Below are positions 41,004-49,390 of a DNA stretch of 64,000 nucleotides, piece by piece. Location of the stretch: contig OZ253665.1 of NCBI GenBank assembly GCA_965263295.1, positions 1,792,001-1,856,000 on the forward strand, written 5' to 3'. Position 1 is the stretch's first letter. Each line of letters opens with the position of its first letter. A program made the translations under genes and the position numbers. The stretch comes from Spirochaetia bacterium (lineage in GTDB: Bacteria > Spirochaetota > Spirochaetia > SP-2023). The notes beneath the pieces were generated by a model. That model was not told the origin of the DNA. It worked only from the letters and a program-made list of their open reading frames with translations, and did not search any database.

Positions 41004-42476
41004 ATGTGGAATAAATTAAACTTGTCCATGATGTTTTGCCAGATGGTTTTTGGGCTATCTTATTACGGAGTCATGGTCTTGCTGACCCGTTTCTTCTTGG
41101 AACATCTAGGCTACAGCGAAGCAAATACCATGATGATCGTCGGGGCTTTCTCGGCCGTTGGCACTCTGTGTGCCATAATTGGCGGCGTCGTTGCCGACAG
41201 ATTCCTCGGTGCCTATCGCACGCTGACGTTCTCTGCGTTTTTCTTTATCATTGGCTACACTTGTCTCGTCTTCGGCGCATCGCTGCTGAGCATTCCGATG
41301 AGTCTGGCCGGTATCGCATTGGCCAGTTATAGCCAGGGCCTGCTCAAACCTTCCTACGCGAGCCTGTTCAAGCATACTTTCTCCTCTGCCGAGAACTTTG
41401 AGGCCTGCTATCCGATCAATTACTCCATTAACAACCTGGGCTCAATGACCAGTCGCTATCTGTTTCCCCTGCTCGTGCTGGCGATTGGTTACAACGGCGG
41501 TTTCAGTCTGTCCCTGATTGCTGTAGCCATGGCATTTGTCGTCCTGCTCCTACTGCGCAAGTCCATGCCGCGCGTCTCCACGCAGAGGGATCAGGATCCA
41601 GTCTGCGGCAAAAACTGGGTCATCTTCTTTGGCATCTGTGTCTTGATGTTTGCCCTGATATATTTCATGTTCTTTAACCTGGAGATCGGCAAAATAATCG
41701 TATACGTAGTTGGCGGCGCAGCGATTCTGTACTTGATCGTTCAGATCTTCCGCGGCACCAAGTCTGAAGGCTATCACATCGCTAGCATAGTGATTACAAC
41801 TCTGTTGACGATCTTCTTTTTCCTTTACTACGGCCAAATGATGACATCCATGACCATGGTGGCCATAAACGTCATGCGCGGCAAAATGTTTGGTTTTATT
41901 CCGTGGGCTCCTGAATCCCTAACTTTATTGAATCCGCTGTGGTGTGTCGTCGCCGGGCCCGTCATCGCCCTGGTCTTTCCCGCGCTGGAAAAACGCGGTA
42001 TTTCGTTTTCTCTCGTGACCAAAATAGCCATCGCCTTTATTCTGGTTGCTGTTTCTTTTGCCATATTGACTTTGGTTTGCTACAGCATCGGCGAAGAGCC
42101 CTTCGTTCGCCCGGAATTTTTTTTGCTTGTCTACTGTTTTATGTCCTTTGGTGAGGTAATCGTTGGCAGTTTTGTGGTGGCATTTTATCTGTCTGTCGCG
42201 CCAAAGTTTATCGAAAATTTCTCGGTGAGTATGTTCTACATTGCCATAGCAGTGGCCGGTATAATAGGGGCGGTATTTTCCACAAATATTGCCCTGGAGA
42301 AAGGTCAGGCAGTCACACAAGAAATCGTCCGCAATGTTTACGGCCATTATTTTTTACTGCTGACCATATTGGCCGTCGTTATGGTGCCGATTTCATTGCT
42401 TGTCTCTGCCATCGTGCGGAAAATGCTCGAAGCGGCCAAACGCTGCGACGAAGTGCAAACTGCCGAGGCCCAATAA
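41004..42476 (+). CDS. POT/PTR-family di/tripeptide transporter (divergent N-terminal motif)
   Basis: SYYG, GGVVADRFLG, GLLKP, NYSINNLGS, LNPLW and SFGE motifs; about 14 TM. Confidence 0.88.
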   Translation: MWNKLNLSMMFCQMVFGLSYYGVMVLLTRFFLEHLGYSEANTMMIVGAFSAVGTLCAIIGGVVADRFLGAYRTLTFSAFFFIIGYTCLVFGASLLSIPMSLAGIALASYSQGLLKPSYASLFKHTFSSAENFEACYPINYSINNLGSMTSRYLFPLLVLAIGYNGGFSLSLIAVAMAFVVLLLLRKSMPRVSTQRDQDPVCGKNWVIFFGICVLMFALIYFMFFNLEIGKIIVYVVGGAAILYLIVQIFRGTKSEGYHIASIVITTLLTIFFFLYYGQMMTSMTMVAINVMRGKMFGFIPWAPESLTLLNPLWCVVAGPVIALVFPALEKRGISFSLVTKIAIAFILVAVSFAILTLVCYSIGEEPFVRPEFFLLVYCFMSFGEVIVGSFVVAFYLSVAPKFIENFSVSMFYIAIAVAGIIGAVFSTNIALEKGQAVTQEIVRNVYGHYFLLLTILAVVMVPISLLVSAIVRKMLEAAKRCDEVQTAEAQ

Positions 42477-42481
42477 ACTTT
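42403..42481 (+). repeat. 79-bp direct repeat, copy 1 (3' end of the POT gene including its stop)
   Basis: Identical to 43974-44052 except gcgg versus acca (3 mismatches). Confidence 0.97.
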
Positions 42482-42599
42482 CAAATAAGCTAAATAGTCG
42501 GGAATACACCGTGTGCGATCCGATTCAAGTGATTGAAGAATCTGACAGCATTTTGTATATAAGTTGGAGTGAACCTTAATATTACAGTGTCTTCGGGCT

Positions 42600-42703
42600 A
42601 CCGACTTTTCTCAAGCTGGCTACTTGTCTCCGGCTATTTTGAGCTGTAATAACCGCAACCATTGACTCAAAGCGAATCCAACGTGCCATTGAGAAAAGTC
42701 GGT
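42600..42703. repeat. 104-bp long imperfect palindrome with a perfect 15-bp terminal inverted repeat (MITE/REP-like)
   Basis: accgacttttctcaa ... ttgagaaaagtcggt, with inner pairings tggc/gcca and tttgag/ctcaaa. Confidence 0.85.
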
Positions 42704-42718
42704 TTGAAAATGTGAAGC

Positions 42719-43720
42719 CTAGATCTGTGACTGAAAAAATTTTGTAATGCCTTTTACAGCGGGCCCAACATATTCAGGCTTCCAGTACAAGTCAAAGTGC
42801 CCGGCTCCCTCTAGAACAAGTTGTTCTTTCGGGCCACCTAAGGCGTCGTACATTCTCTGAGCTCCCTGTGCAGAAACAGCTTGGTCGCCGTAGACCATAT
42901 ATACAGGCAAGCCATCAAACATATATGCATAGTTATATATGGAAAAACTAGTCGACGGGCCATAAGATAGCAAGCTCAATTCATTTCTCCAATTGGGAAC
43001 ATCACCGGGTTTTCCCGGCAGGTAATAATCCATCATCCCAACGAAAATCGGCCGAGCATTCTTGGCTGCTTGTTCCGTCTCTGGTACAAGCGGGATTAAG
43101 GTGTTTTCGCCCGTTTCATAATACTTCTGTGCAGCTGCCGAAACTCCAGGCAAAATCTTTGTACGTATATTAGCTGAATTCCCTAGGTCTTGCAGCTGTT
43201 CTTCCGCCCCGGCGGTCAGGAAAGGGCTTATCACGGCCACCGCCTTGACTCTGGCGTCAAACGCGCTGGCGTAAAGGGCGTAGCCGGCTCCCGCACACAT
43301 GCCTAAGCTAAAAATATTATCCGCATCGACTTCTTCAAGCGTTCGCAGAAATCCGATGCCGTTGCCAATATCTTCCGCTATTCTGTAAGGGTTCAGCCAC
43401 TGAGCCAGTCCCTCACTTTCACCAAAGCCTCTGGGGTCAATCGCTAAAGTAATGAATCCCTCTTCACTTAACTGCTGAGCATATATTCCTATCGTTTGTT
43501 CCTTGACTCCGCTGGCAGGCGGATTAACAATGATCGCTGGAACCTTCTGCCCCTTGGTATAGCCTTTGGGGATATAGAGATTGCCGACTACTCTTTCACC
43601 GCTGCTCAGATAACTAACTTTATTGACTCCTGGGTTGGTGGTAACCAATGCAGAACTCTGACAGCCGATGTTGGCCGCCACCGACAATACCAGAGTTGCA
43701 ATTCCCATAAATTTATTCAT
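42719..43720 (-). CDS. Alpha/beta hydrolase (S15/YcjY-like), probable lipoprotein
   Basis: Lipobox-like NIGC; PASGVKEQ, DPRGFGESEG, nucleophile elbow GMCAGAG (Cys) and GHFDLY His. Confidence 0.9.
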   Translation of the reverse strand: MNKFMGIATLVLSVAANIGCQSSALVTTNPGVNKVSYLSSGERVVGNLYIPKGYTKGQKVPAIIVNPPASGVKEQTIGIYAQQLSEEGFITLAIDPRGFGESEGLAQWLNPYRIAEDIGNGIGFLRTLEEVDADNIFSLGMCAGAGYALYASAFDARVKAVAVISPFLTAGAEEQLQDLGNSANIRTKILPGVSAAAQKYYETGENTLIPLVPETEQAAKNARPIFVGMMDYYLPGKPGDVPNWRNELSLLSYGPSTSFSIYNYAYMFDGLPVYMVYGDQAVSAQGAQRMYDALGGPKEQLVLEGAGHFDLYWKPEYVGPAVKGITKFFQSQI

Positions 43721-43973
43721 GTTGTTGCTCCTTCATTCACGAAATAATCTCATCATATTTGACCCAAGGATATTTAATAAGAGAGAAATATTCAAGATAA
43801 AGTTCATACAAATCAAAATTATACGCGGATATGTATAATTTTTAGCTCTGATTGTGCTAGTATTAATGGTGATATTGTAATATAAATGAATATATCTTAT
43901 GTCTTTATAAAAAAATTTAAATTATAATTGATAATTTAAAAATTTATCTTTATAATTATAAATTAAATTTTTA

Positions 43974-44052
43974 TCTCTGCCATCGTACCAAAAATGCTCG
44001 AAGCGGCCAAACGCTGCGACGAAGTGCAAACTGCCGAGGCCCAATAAACTTT
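43974..44052 (+). repeat. 79-bp direct repeat, copy 2 (orphan copy of the POT gene 3' end, before pepD)
   Basis: tctctgccatcgt..aaaatgctcgaagcggcc...gcccaataaacttt. Confidence 0.97.
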
Positions 44053-44163
44053 AAAATGAGCTTTCAAATGAACTTTCAAGTAAGCTTTATCAGGTAGGAG
44101 CGTTACTTGGTAGGTCAATTTGATAATCAATTTAAATTTATCAATTTATATAAGGAGTTCATC

Positions 44164-45657
44164 ATGTCTGAATCACATCCGCAAATTTGCGACTTGTCAC
44201 CGACTCCGGTGTGGAAATTTTTTGCCCAGATCTGTTCCATCCCCCACCCTTCCGAGCACGAGGAAAGCCTGGCGCAGTACATTGTGAGCTGGGCTGAGCA
44301 GCAAGGCCTGCCAGTGCGCCGCGACGCTGCCGGCAACGTCTTCATAAAAAAACCGGCGACTCCCGGCATGGAAAACAAAAAGGGTCTTGTCCTGCAATCC
44401 CACCTTGATATGGTGCCGCAGAAGAATGAAGATACCCTCCATGACTTTGTCAAAGATCCGATCCAACCATACGTCGACGGCGGGTGGGTAAAGGCCAGGG
44501 GGACGACTCTGGGCTCCGACAACGGTATCGGCGTGTCTGTGTGTCTGGCCGTGCTGGCTGCTGGCGATATTGAGCACGGCCCGCTTGAAGTTTTGCTGAC
44601 TGTCGATGAAGAATCGGGCATGACGGGTGCTTTCGGGCTCCAGTCTGGCTGGCTGGAGGGTGATATCCTTCTGAACATTGACTCAGAACAGGAGGGGGAA
44701 GTCTACATGGGTTGTGCCGGCGGCATTGACGGCGTAATGACTTTTGCCGTGGAGCGCACGGCAATTCCGGCGGGCTATGCAACTCGCCAGCTGAGCCTGA
44801 AAGGCCTGAAAGGTGGCCATTCTGGCTGTGACATCCACCTGGGACGCGGCAACGCGAACAAGCTGATGGCCCGTTTCCTGGCGGCTCACGCGCCAGAATT
44901 AGGTCTGCGCCTAGTGGAATTCCGTGGCGGCAGCGTGCGGAACGCGATCCCGCGCGAAGCATTTGCAGTAGTGGCTGTGCCGGCGAGAAACGAAGCCAGG
45001 CTGATGGAATTATTTGACTCTTATGCCCGCCTCCTGACTCAAGAACTCGCTAAGGTAGAAACGGGCATCATTGCCGGCAACACGCCAGTAAAAGCCGCCT
45101 TTCCGGCCTTGAGTGCTGGGGCGCAGCAGAATTTCATCGCGGCGCTGAACGCAAGTCCCAATGGCGTGGTCCGCATGAGCGACGAAATAGAAGGTGTCGT
45201 GGAAACTTCTCTGAACGTCGGCGTCATCGAAACGTCAGGAGATAATATCACGGTAACTTATCTGGTCCGTTCCCTGATCAGTTCTGGACGCGGTCAGGTG
45301 GAAAGCATGCTAACTTCTCTCGCCGAGCTTGCGGGCGCAAAGATGGAGTTCTCTGGGGCCTACCCTGGCTGGGAACCAGATACCGATTCGGAAATCATGG
45401 CGATTTTCCGCGACGTTTACGAAGATCTCTACGGTCGCAAGCCCAAAATAATGGTGATTCACGCTGGCCTTGAGTGCGGCCTGTTTAAAGAACCTTATCC
45501 AGGGATGGACATGATTTCCTTTGGCCCGACGATAAAATCCCCTCATTCTCCAGACGAGAAAGTCAAGATTGACAGCGTTCAGCTGGTTTGGCAGCAGATG
45601 CTCGCCCTTTTGGCGGCGGCTCCTGAGCAAGACTCTAAGCCGGTACAAAAAGTCTGA
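44164..45657 (+). CDS. pepD: Aminoacyl-histidine dipeptidase (cytosol non-specific dipeptidase, M20C)
   Basis: IPHPS, LQSHLDMV, TTLGSDNGIG, TVDEESGM, GGHSG, HAGLECG and HSPDE; start ATG 44164 after AAGGAG. Confidence 0.96.
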   Translation: MSESHPQICDLSPTPVWKFFAQICSIPHPSEHEESLAQYIVSWAEQQGLPVRRDAAGNVFIKKPATPGMENKKGLVLQSHLDMVPQKNEDTLHDFVKDPIQPYVDGGWVKARGTTLGSDNGIGVSVCLAVLAAGDIEHGPLEVLLTVDEESGMTGAFGLQSGWLEGDILLNIDSEQEGEVYMGCAGGIDGVMTFAVERTAIPAGYATRQLSLKGLKGGHSGCDIHLGRGNANKLMARFLAAHAPELGLRLVEFRGGSVRNAIPREAFAVVAVPARNEARLMELFDSYARLLTQELAKVETGIIAGNTPVKAAFPALSAGAQQNFIAALNASPNGVVRMSDEIEGVVETSLNVGVIETSGDNITVTYLVRSLISSGRGQVESMLTSLAELAGAKMEFSGAYPGWEPDTDSEIMAIFRDVYEDLYGRKPKIMVIHAGLECGLFKEPYPGMDMISFGPTIKSPHSPDEKVKIDSVQLVWQQMLALLAAAPEQDSKPVQKV

Positions 45658-45716
45658 GCTCGCGCCACCGTTTTACTTGAAAAAATATTTTTGCTTTCGC
45701 AGCAGGTAGTCGAACC

Positions 45717-46451
45717 ATGAAGACGACAACCACAGCAGCAGAGATCAAACATTCGTTTAGAATGCCAACCGTTTATACCATTTTATTTGCGATTATTGTG
45801 TTGGTCGCCTCGCTGACCTGGATAGTGCCGGCGGGCAAGTACGACTCCATTATCGACGGAAGCGATCAGGTGCTGCCGGCCGAGCAAGTGCTCAATTATG
45901 CCGGAAGCGAACGCCTGTTGCCTGTCCCTGGGACTTACCGGCAGCTGCCCGCTCGGCCACAAGGGGTAAGCGCGGTGATGATGGCGCCGATCAGAGGCTT
46001 TGCCAAGGCGATTGACATTGCCCTGTTTGTCTTGATTATTGGCGGTTTCCTCGCTGTGACAATGAGTACTGGAGCGATCAGCTCCACGATGACTGCGATT
46101 GTCCGCAGATTCCGCGGCCGTGAGTACATGATGATCCCGGTCCTGATAGCGGTGTTTGCCCTGTGCGGGTCGACTTGGGGCATGTGCGAAGAAACCGTGG
46201 CCTTTTGGGCGGTGATCCTGCCCGTGCTGGTGGCTGCCGGTTACGACCGCATGGTGGCGGCAGGGGTCATACTGCTGGGCTCAGGTGTCGGGGTTTTGGC
46301 ATCGACGACTAACCCTTTCTGCGTCGGCATCGCCTCAGGTTTTGCCGGCTTGTCCATTGGCGACGGTATCGTTTTGCGTGTGATTCATCTGCTGCTGCTG
46401 ATTGTGCTGACTTCCTGGTTTGTCATGCGCTACGCTTCCAAGGTGAAGGCA
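45717..46451 (+). pseudogene. YfcC/DcuC-like (basic amino acid antiporter family) transporter, 3'-truncated and fused in frame to an IS5 fragment
   Basis: MPTVYTILF, TWIVPAGKY, GSTWGMCEE and STTNPF..GIAS; ends at RYASKVKA then reads HRTASSLKKGG (transposase). Confidence 0.85.
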
Positions 46452-46928
46452 CACCGCACGGCATCAAGCCTCAAAAAAGGGGGCGAGCCACGCTTGATCG
46501 GGCGTACCATTTTCAATATATTTGGAGGTATGAATAGCAAATTGCATGTTCTGAGCGATGGTGCAGGGCGCCCGATTTGGCTGCATTTGAGCGAAAGCCA
46601 TAGAAGTGATTTCAAAGGTGAGATGTGTTGCTTTCTGAGTTGCCGGCGGCGCAAGTGCTGATTGCGGATCGGGGCTACGATAGCTTGAGAGTAAGAAAAA
46701 TGCTTGCAGATCAGAATATAGGGAGTTGTATTCCCTGTCGTAGGAACCGTAAGTAACCAATAACATATTGTAAAACGAGTTATAAAAAGCGCCATACAGT
46801 TGAGAATATTTTTGCTAGACTAAAAGACTGGCGGCGTATTGCGATGCGATATGATCGTTGCGCACACACTTTTGAGTCGGCAATTTAAATCGCGACAATC
46901 GTCTTGTTCTGGATATGAGTCCTGAGCC
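46446..46928 (+). mobile_element. IS5-family remnant: 3' transposase half plus right IR
   Basis: KAHRTASSLKKGG with slippery AAAAAAGGGGG, GGMNSKLH, ADRGYD, ENIFARLKDWRRIAMRYDR; ends ATGAGTCCTGAGCCtag, the inverse of the 26070 left IR. Confidence 0.9.
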
Positions 46929-46950
46929 TAGACAAATAAAGGAATCAACA

Positions 46951-47202
46951 ATGATTAAAAACAAAATAGCGCGAATCAGTTTGTCAAGTGGCTTAATCGG
47001 TTTATTGTTTACGAATCCACGCAGAGCAATTGATAATTGCATTGAGTCGCACAATAATGACGGTTGGCGAGCTACTTTTATCCTGCCGCACTCTGAACGG
47101 AATATTCTTGTCTTTGCGCTACAGATCTTAGTTTTATTATGTACTTTAGGCTTATGGACATGGGGTGCTGGTTATCTCATTATGTTTGAAAAAGATATAT
47201 AA
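46951..47202 (+). CDS. Small membrane hypothetical protein (83 aa, DUF4177-like ends)
   Basis: AAGGA RBS; N..GW and IMFEK patterns around a hydrophobic hairpin. Confidence 0.6.
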   Translation: MIKNKIARISLSSGLIGLLFTNPRRAIDNCIESHNNDGWRATFILPHSERNILVFALQILVLLCTLGLWTWGAGYLIMFEKDI

Positions 47203-47371
47203 GAAACGTTCTTTGCGGGTCAATTTGAGTCGTCAGCTAATGAATAACTTAGTTCTCGTCTTCTTCAATTGCAATTTCAACGGTGCACTTGGCATTTTCC
47301 AAGAGTTGCTTTAATTGTTTGTGAAGCTCGAAAGATTCGGTAGCTTTTGCAGGATTTTTTGTTGCTAGGGT

Positions 47372-47641
47372 GTGAAATTGCACTACTCTTATCCCGCGCC
47401 TGTGCCGGAATCAATACACCAAATGGCCGGAGAATACTCAGAAAGTGTTTACTTGCAAATTGGATTTATTGGAGCGGTAAGATTTGATTTCATTTTCTCC
47501 AAAACTGGAAAGTTGTTTATGCTTGAAGCAAATACTGTCCCTGGTCTTTCAAAAGATGGCAATCTCGCTGCAATCTGGAGTGGCATGGGCCGTCTCTATG
47601 ATGACCTGATTGAATTGCTCATCCCCAGTAAAGGTAGCTGA
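47372..47641 (+). pseudogene. C-terminal fragment of a D-Ala-D-Ala ligase-like ATP-grasp enzyme
   Basis: GAVRFDFI..LFMLEANTVPGLS motif; the N-terminal two-thirds is absent. Confidence 0.75.
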
Positions 47642-47671
47642 AAAAAGGGTTGAAGAAAGGAGTTAGAAGTC

Positions 47672-48286
47672 GTGGCGAATAAATATCCCGTCCCGTTTTT
47701 TTCTCAAATACCCAACTGGAAAGGGGAGGCCTCCGGCTTTCCGAGTGACGAGCTAGAAAAGCATTGGGGGCCGTGTGGCTGTGGTATCGCGTGCCTTCGA
47801 ATGGCGGTAAATGCCTTCAGTAATGACACTCGCGCGCTTGAGCGCTCTTACTGGGATTGGATTGAGTTGGGCATTCAAAGAGGCGCATACTGTGAGCGGG
47901 GGTGGATACACGACGGTATCCGTGATCTTGCGCGAGAAGCGGGAGTTGGCAGCGAAAGCTTTAGAGCTGAGGAGCTGGCATTCATTTTCGAAAAAATTGA
48001 AGCTGGCAACCTGGTCATGGCTTCTGTGACGCTGGGGTTTGCAGGCGGAATCAAAGGCGGAATCAAAGGCGGAATCAAAGACGGAATCATCGGAGAGGAC
48101 AAACGCAAGCGAGATAAGGGGGGACATTTGGCTTTGGCTATCGACATCATTGATGGTGAGCTCGTGTTCCACCATCCTAGCAGCCGCGCGCCATTGAACT
48201 GGGTCGCCAAGGCGATTCAACGAGAAAGAGTTGAGGCATCATTCTCTGGCAATGGGGTGACATTCTTTAAAAATGATTCGAGCTAA
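47672..48286 (+). CDS. C39-like (papain-fold) peptidase
   Basis: VPFFSQ, CGCGIACLRM, GHLALA and FHHPS; AAGGAG RBS. Confidence 0.8.
   Translation: MANKYPVPFFSQIPNWKGEASGFPSDELEKHWGPCGCGIACLRMAVNAFSNDTRALERSYWDWIELGIQRGAYCERGWIHDGIRDLAREAGVGSESFRAEELAFIFEKIEAGNLVMASVTLGFAGGIKGGIKGGIKDGIIGEDKRKRDKGGHLALAIDIIDGELVFHHPSSRAPLNWVAKAIQRERVEASFSGNGVTFFKNDSS
48044..48091 (+). repeat. 12-bp tandem repeat (GGCGGAATCAAA x3 plus variant) encoding GGIK repeats
   Basis: Read directly. Confidence 0.95.
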
Positions 48287-48401
48287 GTAAGCTAGGTAAA
48301 AAAAAGAAAATGCCCAACACTATGACTTGGGGTCATTGAGGGCATAGACAGAAAATAGTTTTTCTTTGCGCCATGACTACCAATAGTCAATCCCGCGCGG
48401 T

Positions 48402-49364
48402 CTACAGTACGCTCTTGAGCTGTCCCAGTTCGGTGATTATGACGTCGGGTTCAGTGGAGGCAACTGCGGGCACATCGCGGCGCAAACGCAGCGAACGTTC
48501 GTCGCCAGCGAACAGAGCCGTGCGAAAACCGACTTGGGCGGCTCCCCAAATGTCGTTGTGCATATCGTTGCCGAGGTAGACGATTTCCTTGGGCTCTAAG
48601 TCATGCAGGGCCAGGGCCCTTTGTGCCGCGGCAAATAGCTCGGGCTGAGGTTTGCTGCAGTCGTGGCGATAAGACCAGAACGACAGTTCGGGCGATATGT
48701 TTAGGTCGGCCAGATCCGCGACACCCAGTAAACCAGTCATAATGATTGGAGTGTAGAACTGGGCGTTGGAGATAATGCCGACATAAAAGTTGCGGGCTAC
48801 CAGCCAGTGCAATAATTCCTGGGCGCCGGGCATCAACTGTACGTGGTTGTGCCGCAGCTCGTATTCCAGGGCGAAGCGCGCCAGGATAAACGGGCTGAGG
48901 CTGCCGTGCATATCTTTTTCAAGTTGTCGCAAAAAAATGCTGTGCCAAAGTGTGATGACGTCGACCTCTGGATATTGCAGTTTGGGGCTTTTCAATTCCT
49001 TATGTCGTTCCTGAATTGCCGTCTGTAGCGACTGGGTGGGGGCGAAGTTTGGCGGAAGGGAAGAGCGCAGCAGCTCCGGCAGACTTTGCAAGGTCTGCTG
49101 GTCTAACAGGTTTACAGATTGCGGCTGCTCAATTTTCGGCCGGGAGTCATTGCTTGCCAGTATCTCTCCGGCTCTAGAAATCAATAGGGTGCCATAAATA
49201 TCAAACAATACACCGCGCACGTTATCTAAAAGACTGAGTTTGGACTTTGTTTCAGTAGGGATAGGTTGCAAGGGCATTGCGCGACTGCGAACTTGCTCTT
49301 GCAGGCGCAGCCAGTCGTTAGGCTCCAGCATTTGTTCCAGTTGTTTTGAGTTCCATATTTGCAT
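48402..49364 (-). CDS. HAD-superfamily hydrolase
   Basis: Motif I FDIYGTL, motif II ISNA, KPQP and GNDMHNDI; start ATG 49364 after AAAGGA. Confidence 0.9.
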   Translation of the reverse strand: MQIWNSKQLEQMLEPNDWLRLQEQVRSRAMPLQPIPTETKSKLSLLDNVRGVLFDIYGTLLISRAGEILASNDSRPKIEQPQSVNLLDQQTLQSLPELLRSSLPPNFAPTQSLQTAIQERHKELKSPKLQYPEVDVITLWHSIFLRQLEKDMHGSLSPFILARFALEYELRHNHVQLMPGAQELLHWLVARNFYVGIISNAQFYTPIIMTGLLGVADLADLNISPELSFWSYRHDCSKPQPELFAAAQRALALHDLEPKEIVYLGNDMHNDIWGAAQVGFRTALFAGDERSLRLRRDVPAVASTEPDVIITELGQLKSVL

Positions 49365-49390
49365 GATTTTTTCCTTTGAACAGTTGGGAT

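Noticed and set aside
42600..42703. Integron attC site
   Set aside because: No RYYYAAC/GTTRRRY pair with an unpaired central spacer, a single copy only, and no intI in the window
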